Below are positions 52,355 to 62,979 of a DNA stretch of 64,000 nt, in pieces. This DNA is from Candidatus Hydrogenedentota bacterium. Lineage in GTDB: Bacteria; UBA8481; J006. A program made the position numbers and the translations under genes. The stretch covers positions 17,562 through 81,561 of the forward strand of contig RFFU01000074.1 in assembly GCA_003697085.1 (NCBI GenBank). Reading direction: 5' to 3'. The first letter of the stretch is position 1. Every line of letters begins with the position of its first letter. The notes under the pieces are model-generated. The model searched no databases. It saw only the letters and a program-made list of their open reading frames with translations, and was not told the DNA's origin.

Positions 52355-52903
52355 TCACTCCCCCTTCAACACCCGGTATATCCTCCGGCGCAATTCTTCC
52401 ACCCCATAACCGGTCCGCGCGGAAATCGCGATCACTTCCGTTCCGGCCGGGGATTGAGCCTCTCTTCGCCGCATTATTCCCGGAATGGCGGAACGCGCAA
52501 CCTTGTCCGCTTTCGTCAAAAGGAGCAGGTTCTCTCCCTCCCCCTTGGCGAACCACCCTAAAAATTCGCGTTCCTCCTCCCTCAACTCCCGCCGAATATC
52601 ACAGCAGAGAACGAAGAGGGCGACATATCCGGAGGCGAGAAGTTCCCGAATCAGCGGTTCGAAGTTCCGTGAACGCACCTTCGCCGTGGCGGCGTAGCCG
52701 TACCCCGGAAGATCAACGAAATAACCGCCTTGGGAAAGAGAAAAGAAGTTCGCCGCCGCGGTGCAACCGGGCGTCTTCGAGACACGGGCTAATTTTCGGT
52801 TTCCGCACAGAAGATTGAGGACCGTGGACTTTCCGGCGTTGCTCCTCCCGCCGAACAGGACCCATCGCGCATCGTCCCGCGGGAAATCCCTCGCCGACAC
52901 CAC
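52355..52903 (-). CDS. engB: Ribosome biogenesis GTPase EngB/YihA/YsxC
   Basis: VLFGGRSNAGKSTVLNLL (G1); ...VDLPGYGYA (G3 DxPGYG, characteristic of EngB); 182 aa. Confidence 0.85.
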   Translation of the reverse strand: MVSARDFPRDDARWVLFGGRSNAGKSTVLNLLCGNRKLARVSKTPGCTAAANFFSLSQGGYFVDLPGYGYAATAKVRSRNFEPLIRELLASGYVALFVLCCDIRRELREEEREFLGWFAKGEGENLLLLTKADKVARSAIPGIMRRREAQSPAGTEVIAISARTGYGVEELRRRIYRVLKGE

Positions 52904-52938
52904 GCTTTTGTGGAAAGCGGCTTCAAACCGGATCGGAA

Positions 52939-55386
52939 CTACCTCTTCTTCTTCCGAGCCCTTCCCGACGGCGCCTTCCGCGCCAACGCCAAATCCAAAA
53001 CCTCGTCCATCGACTCGACGGGATGGAATTGGATCTTTTTCTTGATGGATTCGGGAATGTCCTCGAGGTCACGTTCGTTCTCTTTCGGAAAGATGACATG
53101 ATCGATTCCCGCGCGGGCGGCGGCCATAAGTTTCTCCTTCAATCCCCCGATCGGAAGAACCTTTCCTCGCAACGTGATCTCGCCTGTCATCGCCAAATCG
53201 CAACGAACGACGCGATTCGAAACGAGCGAAAGCAGCGCGGTGGCGATCGTGATTCCCGCCGAAGGCCCATCCTTCGGTATGGCCCCTTCGGGAACATGCA
53301 CGTGGACGTCGGTCTTCTTGAAGAAATCCCGCGGACATCCGAACTCCTTCGCGCGCGAGCGGGTGTATCCGTAGGCGGCTTGAGCCGATTCCTGCATCAC
53401 CTCTCCCAGTTTCCCCGTCAGGGTCAGTTTTCCCGTCCCAGGCATCTTCAGGGCCTCCACGGCCAGCAACTCGCCTCCCGTCTCCGTCCAAGCCAATCCC
53501 ATCACGACACCGACCTCGGGTTTCTTTTCCGCGGTTCCCGGCCGGTATTTCGGCACGCCGAGATAGGTTTTGAGGTCTTCCGGAGCGATGCGGCGCGGAG
53601 CGGGCCTTTTCTTCTCCGGTCTCCCGGGGCTTCCCGCTTTCTTCTTTCTCTTCCCCCTTCCCGTTCCTTCTCCCTGCTCGACGATCTCACGTGCCACCTT
53701 CCGGCATGTGCGTGCGATCGAGCGCTCCAAGTTTCTAACTCCGGCTTCGCGCGTGTACTCCCGGATGATTCGATACAGCGTTTCGTCTGGAAACGTGATC
53801 CGAAACTTCTTCAGCCCGTGCTCCTCCAGTTGTTTCGGAACAAGAAAACGTTTCCCGATCTCGACCTTCTCGTCATCGGTGTACCCGGAAAGATTGATCA
53901 CCTCCATCCGATCCAGAAGCGGACGAGGAATCGGATAGAGAACGTTGGCCGTGGTGATGAAGATGACCTGCGAGAGATTGTAGTCGACGTCGAGGTAGTG
54001 ATCGGCGAAGGTCGCGTTCTGCTCGGGATCGAGAACTTCGAGGAGAGCTGCGGAGGGATCGCCCCGAAAATCCATCGCCATCTTGTCCACTTCGTCGAGA
54101 AGAAAGAGCGGATTGATCGAACCGGCGCGGCGCATTCCCTGAATGATCCTTCCGGGCAACGCCCCCACGTACGTACGGCGATGCCCGCGGATTTCCGCCT
54201 CGTCCCGCACACCCCCCAGACTCATTCTGACGAACTTCCGCCCGATCGCCCGCGCGATGCTCCGCCCCAAACTCGTCTTTCCCACCCCGGGCGGTCCGAC
54301 GAAACAGAGGATCGGTCCGCGATGCGTGCGCGAAAGTTTCCGTACAGAGAGATACTCGAGGATTCGTTCCTTTGCCTTCTCCAACCCGTAATGGTCCTCA
54401 TCGAGGATCCTCGCGGCCTTGCGGATATCGAGCCGGTCCCGCGTCGAGGTCTTCCATGGAAGTTCCACGAGCCAATCGAGATACGTGCGGCAGACGGAAG
54501 CCTCGGCCGACATCGGGCTCATTCGCTCCAGTCTCCGCAACTCGCGCTCCGCCTTCACCCGAACCTCGTCCGGCATCCCCGCCGCGGCGATCTTCTGCTT
54601 CAGTTCCTCCATCTCGGTGAAGTCCTCGTCCTTCTTCCCGAGCTCCTTCTGGATCGCCTTCATCTGTTCGTTGAGATAATACTCCCTTTGCGTCTGCTCC
54701 ATCTGACTTCGCACTTCGCTGCGGATCTTCTTTTCGATCTTGAGAATCTCGATCTCGGCCGTCAGTTTCTCCATGATCAACTCGATACGCCGCTTCAAGT
54801 CGCGCGTCTCGAGTATCTCCTGCTTGTCCTTGACCTTCAGAACCATCTGCGCCGCGATCGCGTCCGCTACGCGCGCGGGATCCTCCTGGTTCGTGATCGC
54901 CATCACCGTCTCCGGAGGAACACGCTTGTTCAATTTCACGTATTGTTCGAAAAGCCCCACGCAACTGCGCAACAGTGCGGCGAATTCAACCGTCCCTTCC
55001 ACAATGTCCGGATACGGCGCCGTCAAAACCTCGAAGTATGCATCATTCGGAAGATAATCCCGGATCGCTCTCCGCTCGACCCCTTCCACCAGAACCTTGA
55101 TCGTTCCATCGGGCAGTTTGAGCAGTTGGAGGATCTCAGAGACGGTTCCGATCCGGAAGATGTCGTCTTGAACCGGATCGTCGGTCGTGGGGTCTCGTTG
55201 AGCGGCAAGAAAGATGAGACGCGGTCCCTTCATCGCCGCGTTCAAGGCTTCGACCGAGCGCTCGCGTCCCACGAAAAGCGGAATGACCATATGCGGGAAA
55301 ACGACGAGATCGCGCAAGGGCAACAGCGGCAGCGCCTCCGGAATCCGGGTGACCGAAGCCGCACGCTTGATCGGTCCCGCCGTCAC
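52939..55386 (-). CDS. lon: ATP-dependent Lon protease (LonA)
   Basis: N-terminal LON domain, AAA+ module ([15 protein letters not shown]; Walker B LLDEVDKM), C-terminal protease with catalytic Ser in ...[18 protein letters not shown]. Confidence 0.92.
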   Translation of the reverse strand: MTAGPIKRAASVTRIPEALPLLPLRDLVVFPHMVIPLFVGRERSVEALNAAMKGPRLIFLAAQRDPTTDDPVQDDIFRIGTVSEILQLLKLPDGTIKVLVEGVERRAIRDYLPNDAYFEVLTAPYPDIVEGTVEFAALLRSCVGLFEQYVKLNKRVPPETVMAITNQEDPARVADAIAAQMVLKVKDKQEILETRDLKRRIELIMEKLTAEIEILKIEKKIRSEVRSQMEQTQREYYLNEQMKAIQKELGKKDEDFTEMEELKQKIAAAGMPDEVRVKAERELRRLERMSPMSAEASVCRTYLDWLVELPWKTSTRDRLDIRKAARILDEDHYGLEKAKERILEYLSVRKLSRTHRGPILCFVGPPGVGKTSLGRSIARAIGRKFVRMSLGGVRDEAEIRGHRRTYVGALPGRIIQGMRRAGSINPLFLLDEVDKMAMDFRGDPSAALLEVLDPEQNATFADHYLDVDYNLSQVIFITTANVLYPIPRPLLDRMEVINLSGYTDDEKVEIGKRFLVPKQLEEHGLKKFRITFPDETLYRIIREYTREAGVRNLERSIARTCRKVAREIVEQGEGTGRGKRKKKAGSPGRPEKKRPAPRRIAPEDLKTYLGVPKYRPGTAEKKPEVGVVMGLAWTETGGELLAVEALKMPGTGKLTLTGKLGEVMQESAQAAYGYTRSRAKEFGCPRDFFKKTDVHVHVPEGAIPKDGPSAGITIATALLSLVSNRVVRCDLAMTGEITLRGKVLPIGGLKEKLMAAARAGIDHVIFPKENERDLEDIPESIKKKIQFHPVESMDEVLDLALARKAPSGRARKKKR

Positions 55387-55589
55387 GGACTCTCTCCGAA
55401 GAACCGCACCGGCCGCCTCCTGCGCCCGCGTCCTCGTTTTTTAACTCGTTTCGAACTCGTTTTCGTCATTCGTGGGACGGAGTCTAGCCGGGAATCCTTC
55501 CCGGTGGCAAGAAGATTGCGAACGTTTCCGAAGCGGGCATGAGAAATTTTCGGTGAGGAACGTCCCTACGAGCGCGGGTTCTATATGCC

Positions 55590-55990
55590 GGGAACGCCGG
55601 CATCCCTGCCGGCAGAAATGGGGCGCAGGTTCTCCAACCTGCGGAAGCCAAATCGTGCACCCGTAGGGGATTCCTCGTCGGACTGCGCCTGCCTGCCGGC
55701 AGGCAGGCCCGCCTCGGAATGACACTACGTGCGGATCGCCGGTCGCCGCTACGATTGTCGGTCGTGCCAGGAGGGCGACCGGCCGGTCGCCCCTGTGGGA
55801 AGGATGCCCGCGCTCCCAGGTTCCCCTCCTCCCCTTTTTCCTTCTCCCTTTTGCCTTTTTCCTTTTGCCTTCTTCCCGTTCCGTTTTTCGTGATTTCCGT
55901 GTCCGTGGTTTTACTTCCTTCCGCGTCTTCCGTGGTTCTCATTTTTTCCGTGTCCTTCCGCGTGCTCCGTGGTCCTCAGTTTGTGACGAC
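55590..55990. repeat. Composite repeat element (modules A, B, C) plus a CT-rich TTCCG-periodic tract
   Basis: 55592-55660 module A (ggcatccctgccggcagaaatggggcgcaggttctccaacctgcgg). 55665-55735 module B (gtaggggattcctcgtcggactgcgcctgcctgccggcaggcaggcccgcctcggaatgaca). 55810-55880 module C pyrimidine strand. 55880-55980 has repeated ttccgtg/ttccgcg. Confidence 0.7.
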
Positions 55991-56377
55991 GAGTTTGAAG
56001 ATCTGCCGGCTCCGAGCGGGACCGCAGGAAGCATGACAGGTGAAGGCGTAGGTCCCCGGGACAGTCGCCGGGATCTCGATCGGCCCCGCCTCAGGTCCCT
56101 TCTCCTCCCCCTCCTTCCGTGCCGGAATCACAAGGTCGATCCCCAAGGCGCGATTCGTCAAGGTGTGTTCCACGTCGAGCGATCGCGCACGCAGCCGAAG
56201 AATCGTTCCCTTTCGCACCGTTATGCGCGCCGGCTCGTATCCCCACTGCCATGCCGTAAGATTCACTTCGCGTACCGCCGGCAGCGGCTCCATCAGATTC
56301 TCCCGGCAACCCCACGCCAACAACGCCACGCCGAAAAGCGCGATCACGGCTCTCCGAGAAGGTCGAATTCCGCTCAT
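55976..56377 (-). CDS. Small lipoprotein with cupredoxin-like fold (133 aa)
   Basis: Lipobox signal [24 protein letters not shown]. Beta-rich mature part ending ...[29 protein letters not shown], with a Cys/His cluster as in plastocyanin/CoxII-like metal sites. The start ATG overlaps the thrC stop (ATGA). The track ORF's N-terminal extension overlaps thrC and is rejected. Confidence 0.5.
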   Translation of the reverse strand: MSGIRPSRRAVIALFGVALLAWGCRENLMEPLPAVREVNLTAWQWGYEPARITVRKGTILRLRARSLDVEHTLTNRALGIDLVIPARKEGEEKGPEAGPIEIPATVPGTYAFTCHASCGPARSRQIFKLVVTN

Positions 56378-57744
56378 GAGGCCATTCGGTCCCGGTGCAT
56401 CCGAATTGCCTCGAGAACCGCTTCCGCTCTCGCCGGTAATTCCACCGGCTTGTTGACGTAATGCCCGACGACCCCTTCGAGCGCATCCGTGTGATATCGA
56501 ATCTTGAACTCTGGAAACTTCAAACCGTTGGCCGTGGAAATCACGACAACCTTTTCGTCCTTCCGAATAATTCCCTTTTCCAGACACTTGATCAACGAGG
56601 CCAATGCGACACCGGTGTGGGGACAATTGAAGAGTCCCGTCCGATCCGCGCGGGCGACGGCATCCGAGAGTTCCTGTTCCGTCGCCTGCTCGACGATCCC
56701 GTTGAACCGTTTCAATGTTCGTATCGCCCGCCGAATCGATACCGGATTCCCGATCTGAATCGCCGAAGCCAATGTCTTTTCCGCTTTCTTCGGACGAAAC
56801 TCCGCAAACCCGGTGAGAAAGGATTCGTAGAGCGGATTGGCGCGCGCGGCCTGCGCGCAAACGATCCGCGGCAATCGGTTGATCACGCCCAACTCCTTCA
56901 TCATCCAGAAACCGCTTCCGAGGGCGGAGACGTTACCGAGGTTTCCGCCGGGAATCACGACCCAGTCCGGAACCTCCCAATCACACTGCTGAACGATCTC
57001 GAACGCGACCGTCTTCTGTCCCTCGATCCGCAACGAATTCATCGAGTTGGCGAGATAGATTGATTTGTCCTTTGTGATCTCCTTGACGATGGCCATGCAC
57101 CCGTCGAAGTCGGTATCGAGAGAAAGAACGAGAGCGCCGTTGGCGATCGGCTGGATCAGTTGGGCCGGCGAGATCTTCGCTCGAGGAAGCAGAACCACCG
57201 CTGGGATGCCCGCGGCCGCGCAGTATGCGGCCAGCGCCGCCGAGGTATCACCGGTCGAGGCACACGCGACGGCGTCGATTGCGATTCCCTGAGCAATCAT
57301 CTCGTTCACCATCGAAACCAACACCGTCATGCCGAGATCCTTGAAGGAGCCAGTGTGCGAATTGCCGCACTGCTTGATCCAAAGATCCTCGACCCCGATC
57401 TCGGCTCCAAATCGCTCCGCCCAAAAGAGATTCGTTCCGCCTTCATACATCGAGATGACATTCTCATTACTCACTTCCGGGCAGACCCATTCCTTTTTTC
57501 CCCAAACCCCTGATCCGTAAGGCCAATTCGTGCGCATATAACGCTCGTCGAAGAGCCGGCGCCAGTAATTCGGAGATTGCTGCTTCAATCGTTCGATATC
57601 GTGTTCGACCTCGAGTAACCCTCCGCACTTCGGACAGTGATAAACGATCTCGGTAAGATCCAAGCGAACATCGCAACCTTCTCCACATCGAAACCAGGCC
57701 CGATAAGGAGTCTGCTGTCGGTGATTTTCACGGTTGCCAGCCAT
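56374..57744 (-). CDS. thrC: Threonine synthase (long form with N-terminal zinc-ribbon)
   Basis: N-terminal CxxC...CxxC ribbon (YHCPKCGG). PLP-lysine motif ...[19 protein letters not shown]...; PLP fold type II. Confidence 0.88.
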   Translation of the reverse strand: MAGNRENHRQQTPYRAWFRCGEGCDVRLDLTEIVYHCPKCGGLLEVEHDIERLKQQSPNYWRRLFDERYMRTNWPYGSGVWGKKEWVCPEVSNENVISMYEGGTNLFWAERFGAEIGVEDLWIKQCGNSHTGSFKDLGMTVLVSMVNEMIAQGIAIDAVACASTGDTSAALAAYCAAAGIPAVVLLPRAKISPAQLIQPIANGALVLSLDTDFDGCMAIVKEITKDKSIYLANSMNSLRIEGQKTVAFEIVQQCDWEVPDWVVIPGGNLGNVSALGSGFWMMKELGVINRLPRIVCAQAARANPLYESFLTGFAEFRPKKAEKTLASAIQIGNPVSIRRAIRTLKRFNGIVEQATEQELSDAVARADRTGLFNCPHTGVALASLIKCLEKGIIRKDEKVVVISTANGLKFPEFKIRYHTDALEGVVGHYVNKPVELPARAEAVLEAIRMHRDRMAS

Positions 57745-58197
57745 ACGCTGATCCTATCCGGGAACTTTCCTCTGCGGCAAGCACGGAATCCGATTTTCTT
57801 GGTGACCGGATTGCGCGGATGCGTTCGCTCCGCGTGGCAGTCGGCAACGAGGCGCGGATTCTCAACCCACGGAGGCGAAAAAAGCGCTGGAGAGGCGGAC
57901 GTACCGTTGCGCCCTCCAATGGCCGCCTTCTTTTTTATCCCGGTTCCGATGCCGGCCCCTCGATCAGCCGATGGGGAATAGAGAGACGGGATTCGTGTTG
58001 GATAGCCAAGAGCGTTCGCGCCCTTCTTCCTTTGTTTCCTTTGCCCTGTCTCCTTCCTCCTATTTCCGTGCATTCGGTGTATTCCGGGGTTCTCCTTTTC
58101 CGTTTTCCGTCTCTTCCGCGGTTCCTTTCCGCTCCGTGTGTTCCGGTGTTTCGGGCTTGACCAGCGTTACTTTCGAATTGTAGGTGGGGAGGGGGTT

Positions 58198-58899
58198 TCA
58201 GAGGGCTCCGAGTTGTCTGAGGTTGACCCGGGCGGGCTCCATGTTGGGATCGATCAGAAGGGCCGCCCAGTAGTTCTCGACCGCCTTCCTCCGGTTTTGA
58301 AGAGATTGATAGGCTACCCCGAGGGAAAAGTATCCCAGTGCGTCGAACGGATGGTGCCGTACGTAACGGGTGAATATCTCGACGGCGCCCGTGTCATTGC
58401 CGAGCCGTAAACGACACGAACCGACCAACGTCATTACCGTCGTGTCGTCCGGCATCTCGCGAAGGACCGAAAGGCCGTACTCCTCGGCTCGCTCGTAGTC
58501 TCCGCCGTCGTAGTACTGGAGGGCGATATAGAGTCGCCGGAGCCGGTCCAGTTCCGAGAGGAAGGCGGCGCGGTCGGGAGGAACCGGGGCGGCGGCAGCG
58601 GCGGAAGCAGCAATGCCGACGGGACGGGAAGGAGCGGAAGGCGAAGGGGTCGTGGAGGGGGAGGCGGGAGCCGAAGGAGCGCGAACTGAGGACGCGTGTT
58701 GCGCGGTCTCGGCGGAAGCGGTGGAGGGGAGAAGGGAGGGCGAGGAGAGGGAGGCGGCAATGCTGGAGTCGGCGGTGGGAGCGGAGGCGGGTGCGGTTTC
58801 GATGCCGGGGACCGGCGCGCTTGCGGGGGGAGCGGAAGAAGACTCCGCCGCCCCGGCGGGACGCGCGGCCGCCAGAAGCAACACTAGCGGAAACAGCAT
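58198..58899 (-). CDS. Secreted TPR-repeat protein with Ala/Pro/Ser-rich linker
   Basis: Signal peptide MLFPLVLLLAAARPAGAA. Low-complexity ASAPxP region. C-terminal TPRs (YIALQYYDGGDYERAEEYGLSVLREMPDD...ALGYFSLGVAYQSLQNRRKAVENYWAALLIDPN). The start is set at the ATG at 58899, because the longer track ORF would read through the tRNA-Leu gene. Confidence 0.65.
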   Translation of the reverse strand: MLFPLVLLLAAARPAGAAESSSAPPASAPVPGIETAPASAPTADSSIAASLSSPSLLPSTASAETAQHASSVRAPSAPASPSTTPSPSAPSRPVGIAASAAAAAPVPPDRAAFLSELDRLRRLYIALQYYDGGDYERAEEYGLSVLREMPDDTTVMTLVGSCRLRLGNDTGAVEIFTRYVRHHPFDALGYFSLGVAYQSLQNRRKAVENYWAALLIDPNMEPARVNLRQLGAL

Positions 58900-59057
58900 C
58901 TTTCCCTTGCCGGAATATGCGAAGTGGGAAAGGACCGAGACGAAGCACAGCGAGAAAACCGAATTCAATTTTGAGAACCCTTTGGACATCATTTCCAGAT
59001 CCAGATAAATATAATCGGTCTTTCCGCTCGAGTCAGAAAGGATTTTCGAGTGAAAAA

Positions 59058-59145
59058 TGGTGCCCCGGGCGGGATTCGAACCCGCACTCCCTTTTGGGGA
59101 ACCGGATTTTAAGTCCGGCGCGTCTGCCGATTCCGCCACCGGGGC
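59058..59145 (-). tRNA. tRNA-Leu (anticodon TAA), long variable arm, CCA encoded
   Basis: The reverse complement GCCCCGG-TG-GCGG-AATCGGCAG-ACGC-...-GGACTTAAAATCC-...-GGGTTCGAATCCC-GCCCGGGGC-A-CCA gives an 88-nt class II tRNA with anticodon loop CTTAAAA. Confidence 0.85.
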
Positions 59146-59448
59146 TCCGACGGCGGAAATATCTTATGCCACTGATCCAACGTCGAAAACAGGATTTCAA
59201 CCCCGCGAATGGTGTTTAAGAGAACTGCAATTTTTGTAATTCTTTTTCATTTCCTGGTTTTTATGGTTTTTCCTTTTCCGGTGTCCCGTCTTTCAGAACA
59301 GAAGAAGATGGTTGGGAAAGCGGGACAGTCGTTTGCGAAAAATTCTTATCCAATAGCTATGGAATACAGATTCTCCAATTTGAGCGGGAATCGAGTTGTT
59401 TAAATCTTCTGTTCCTCATTTTTTTGAATTACGAAGTGATCCGTGGTC

Positions 59449-60579
59449 TCAAGCGGGGCGTTTTCGCGCCCGCCCTTCCGTCACGGGGAGACTTTCGGCG
59501 CGGGCCAGCCGGGAGAGCTGTTCATCGACGGTTTGTGCAACCCGAGGGAAGTTCTCGTCGGTTACGTTCCTATACGGGAAGGGACGGTGGGGGCCGGCTC
59601 CGGCGCTTCCCGCTCCGCGATGTCCTCCGCCGCCGAACGGTCGCAGCATTTCTCCCGCGTGAAGTTCGTTCTCCCGCGGATTGATCCTGATCGAGAGGAA
59701 CGGGTCGCGGTGGAGGAAGACGGCGACGCGTGCGTGAAGGTTCTGGAGGCAGTGAAGGCCGGCGGCGGTGACCTTAAGTCCGTGATGAGGGGGCATCAGA
59801 GCATAGACGACGTCGATGCGGCGTCCGGAGGCTAAGCGCCATCGGCGCCAGTGGTACCTCAATTCCCGCAAGAGGCGTTGCGTCTTCTCCTCCTGTCGGG
59901 AATGCACGGCGGCCAACTCGCGGTTCCAAAAAATTCCCCGGGAAAGGCAATCCGCTAGTTTCAAGGGAGGATAGTCGGCGCCGATCACGACCGAGATGCG
60001 ATTGGCTTCGGGAATCTCACGGAGCCCGAAGTCCTGATCGTGCGCCCACCGCATAATCCTCCGCGCGGTTTCGTCCAGGGGGACGTTCCATACACGTTCG
60101 AGGAAACGGGCCGTGACTTCCGTCGCACAAAGTTTTCGAGTATGGTCCAGAACTCGATCCTCCTCGGGACAAAAGGGGCAGATCCAAAGGGAGCGGATCA
60201 ATCCGTTTCGGTGGAATTCTTCGAAGATCGCTCGAGTCTCGCGTGTTACAGGGTGATGGTCGAGAAAATGGAGAATGACCTTCTGCGCGCGGAGTTTTTC
60301 GAGGCGTTGTCTGAGACCATCGCGGCCACCGGATTCCGGTTTCAATAATACATCGGGCGGAATATCCGCCAGTAAAATCTCCGTATTCCTTCGTTGAAGG
60401 AGGCGATCGAGCCCCGAGGAGTAGTAATCAATCATATCGAGTTCAAAGTCGCGACCGTACCGAAAGCCCTTTGCCATCGCTGTATGTTGGAGCAAGGCCA
60501 GAGATGCAACCGCGTCGAAATCCGTTCTTGTGTTCTCTCCCTCGGGAGATCCGTGGCTGACGTAGAGATAACGAGGCAT
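59449..60579 (-). CDS. DHH-family phosphoesterase (NrnA/RecJ-like DHH plus DHHA1)
   Basis: DHH motif in ...VILHFLDHHPV...; DHHA1 motif ...RPFGGGGHRGAGSAGA... (GGGH). Confidence 0.7.
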   Translation of the reverse strand: MPRYLYVSHGSPEGENTRTDFDAVASLALLQHTAMAKGFRYGRDFELDMIDYYSSGLDRLLQRRNTEILLADIPPDVLLKPESGGRDGLRQRLEKLRAQKVILHFLDHHPVTRETRAIFEEFHRNGLIRSLWICPFCPEEDRVLDHTRKLCATEVTARFLERVWNVPLDETARRIMRWAHDQDFGLREIPEANRISVVIGADYPPLKLADCLSRGIFWNRELAAVHSRQEEKTQRLLRELRYHWRRWRLASGRRIDVVYALMPPHHGLKVTAAGLHCLQNLHARVAVFLHRDPFLSIRINPRENELHAGEMLRPFGGGGHRGAGSAGAGPHRPFPYRNVTDENFPRVAQTVDEQLSRLARAESLPVTEGRARKRPA

Positions 60580-60803
60580 AGTACTTCCACTCCGATGAAT
60601 TATGAAAAGTGAGTATAATCCGAAAGCAATTCACGTTAAGATATTTCTTCATTTCTCGGCCGGGATGTCAAAATACCCTTTACGCGACCGCGACGCGACG
60701 TGTGAACGCCGGGCCGGGATGCTTGAACTTTTTTCGTGAGGAGTATCTCCTTCCAAATTCAGCGACGTTTTTTCGGAGAGGGCCATAGGGTGACTGAGAA
60801 CAA

Positions 60804-61850
60804 ATGAGCAAGATAGCGGTGGCAATGTCGGGAGGCGTCGACTCCTCGGTCGTTTTTCGTATGTTGTACGAGGAGGGGCACGAGGTTTTTGGAATCACGA
60901 TGCGGCATCTTCCCGAAGAGTTGGTTCGGGACAGGATCGGTTCTTGTTGTGCTCCTCGGGCTGTTCGTGCGGCTTCTCGTTTGGCGGCGTCTCTGAACCG
61001 GCCGCACTATCTTTTTGATCTCTCGGAGGAGTTCGCCGCCACGGTGATGCGGTGGACGGCCGAGGCCTATCGAAGTGGAGTGACGCCGAATCCCTGCGTG
61101 TTGTGTAACGAGGGAATCAAGTTCGGCCTGCTTTTTCAGCGGGCGCGGGCTTTGGGGGCGGAGTTCCTCGCCACCGGTCATTACGCCCGTGTCCACAACG
61201 GGCGTCTTTTCGCGGCCCGGGATCGGATGCGGGACCAATCTTATTTTCTCTACCGCGTGCCGAGATCGGTCCTTTCCGCGACGTTTTTTCCTCTCGGGGA
61301 AGTGGGCAAAGACGAGGTGCGGAGGATGGCCGAGGAATGGGATTTGGAGATGAAGGATGCGCCGGATTCGACCGACGTCTGCTTCGCTCCCGAGGGGGAT
61401 TTTTCCTATATCTTCGAACGTTTCGCGCCGGAGGCGATCGAGTCCGGACCGATCGTCGACGAGGCAACGCGTCTCTTGGGAAGACACCGCGGCTTCGGGC
61501 GCGTGACGATCGGCCAGAGGCGAGGGTTGGGGATTCCGGCCTCCGAACGGCTTTATGTCCGGGCGATACGCCCGGAAACGAAGACGGTCGTTCTCGGCGG
61601 GCGTCCCGTTGCCTCGCGGATGCTCGTGGAGAACCTCATTTGGCATCAGAAAATGCCGGAGCGATTCGAGGCGGTGGTCAAGATTCGGAGCCGGCATCCG
61701 GGGCGCGCCGTGTCGATCGAACGTATCGGAGACCGCTGTCATGTCACCTTTCCGGCTCCGGAACCGAACGTGACACCGGGGCAATCCGCCGTCTTTTATG
61801 AAGGCGATTGTGTTTTGGGGGGAGGCATTATTTGCCAAGGCGAAGTGTGA
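60804..61850 (+). CDS. mnmA: tRNA-specific 2-thiouridylase
   Basis: MSKIAVAMSGGVDSSV (PP-loop SGGxDS); catalytic cysteines ...NPCVLCN...; C-terminal beta-barrel. Confidence 0.9.
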   Translation: MSKIAVAMSGGVDSSVVFRMLYEEGHEVFGITMRHLPEELVRDRIGSCCAPRAVRAASRLAASLNRPHYLFDLSEEFAATVMRWTAEAYRSGVTPNPCVLCNEGIKFGLLFQRARALGAEFLATGHYARVHNGRLFAARDRMRDQSYFLYRVPRSVLSATFFPLGEVGKDEVRRMAEEWDLEMKDAPDSTDVCFAPEGDFSYIFERFAPEAIESGPIVDEATRLLGRHRGFGRVTIGQRRGLGIPASERLYVRAIRPETKTVVLGGRPVASRMLVENLIWHQKMPERFEAVVKIRSRHPGRAVSIERIGDRCHVTFPAPEPNVTPGQSAVFYEGDCVLGGGIICQGEV

Positions 61851-61869
61851 CGCGTAGAATCGGGTCGCT

Positions 61870-62958
61870 ATGAGCGGAAACACATTCGGCCGGTTGTTTC
61901 GAGTGACTTCCTGTGGAGAATCGCACGGGGCGGGAATCGGTGTGATCCTCGACGGCGTTCCGCCGGGATTATCGCTCGATCCATCCGAGATCGACGCAGC
62001 ATTGGCCCGGCGACGTCCCGGGCAATCCGACCTCGTTTCGCCGCGGAGCGAGGCGGATCGTTGCGAGATTTTTTCGGGTGTCGAGTCGGGGGTGACACTG
62101 GGGACGCCGATCGGTGTTCTGGTGCGAAACAAGGATGCGCGACCGGAATCTTATGACGAAATCAAGAATGTGTATCGTCCCTCGCATGCCGATTTCACTT
62201 ACGAACGAAAATACGGGCGGACGGCGGCGTCCGGGGGAGGGCGAGCCAGTGCGCGCGAGACGATCGCGCGGGTCGTCGGCGGCGTTGTTGCCGAGAAGAT
62301 TTTATCGCGAGCCGGGAGGATCGAGATCGTCGCGGCGGTCGAGCGGGTGGGAACGATCGAGACGAAGATCAGTCCGGATGATCCGCGTTTGACCCGCGAG
62401 TCCGTCGATGCGCATCCGGTACGATGTCCGGTTGCGGAGATTGCCGATAAGATGGGGGACTTGATCCGTGATACGCGCCGGCAGGGCGACTCGTTGGGGG
62501 GGATCATTTTGGCTGTGGCACGGAACGTCCCGGCGGGGTGGGGGGATCCCGTCTTCGATAAGATCGACGCGACGCTGGCCCACGCGCTCTTTTCGCTTCC
62601 TGCCGTGAAAGGTGTCGAGATCGGTTCGGGATTTGGAGGCGTTGCGCTTCGAGGAAGCGAACACAACGACGTCTTCGAAAATCGAGAAGGGCGAATACAA
62701 ACCCGGACGAACCGCTCAGGCGGCATTCAAGGCGGGATTACGAACGGTGAGAATATCGTGGTGCGCATCGCGTTCAAGCCGACCTCGACGATTGCTTTGG
62801 AGCAGGACACGGTGACGCGGCAAGGAGAACCGGCGCGGCTGAAAGGCCGGGGACGACACGACCCCTGTGTTCTTCCTCGCGCCGTTCCGATCGTCGAAGC
62901 GATGATTGCGATCGTTCTCGCCGACCATTACCTTCGCCAGCGCGCGATTACGTTCTGA
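61870..62958 (+). CDS. aroC: Chorismate synthase
   Basis: MSGNTFGRLFRVTSCGESHGAGIGVILDGVPPGL is the near-invariant AroC N-terminus. ...GGGRASARETIARV...; 362 aa. Confidence 0.92.
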   Translation: MSGNTFGRLFRVTSCGESHGAGIGVILDGVPPGLSLDPSEIDAALARRRPGQSDLVSPRSEADRCEIFSGVESGVTLGTPIGVLVRNKDARPESYDEIKNVYRPSHADFTYERKYGRTAASGGGRASARETIARVVGGVVAEKILSRAGRIEIVAAVERVGTIETKISPDDPRLTRESVDAHPVRCPVAEIADKMGDLIRDTRRQGDSLGGIILAVARNVPAGWGDPVFDKIDATLAHALFSLPAVKGVEIGSGFGGVALRGSEHNDVFENREGRIQTRTNRSGGIQGGITNGENIVVRIAFKPTSTIALEQDTVTRQGEPARLKGRGRHDPCVLPRAVPIVEAMIAIVLADHYLRQRAITF

Positions 62959-62979
62959 TTTGGTGGGTTGTCTGAAGCG

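Noticed and set aside
53023-55542. 839-aa + strand ORF antisense to lon
   Set aside because: The + strand frame is Arg/Leu/Pro-rich without motifs. The minus strand encodes a canonical Lon.
400-56000. Possibility that the dispersed repeats constitute a CRISPR array
   Set aside because: Units are of several different types and lengths, occur singly or in irregular combinations and orientations, have no uniform spacer periodicity, and no cas genes are nearby.
57585-58073. 162-aa minus-strand ORF in the thrC upstream region
   Set aside because: It lies in the CT-rich tract. Lys/Arg/Gly-rich low-complexity translation with no start context.
58900-59139. N-terminal extension of the TPR-protein ORF
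   Set aside because: It would be translated across the tRNA-Leu gene (59058..59145). The internal ATG at 58899 gives a proper signal peptide.
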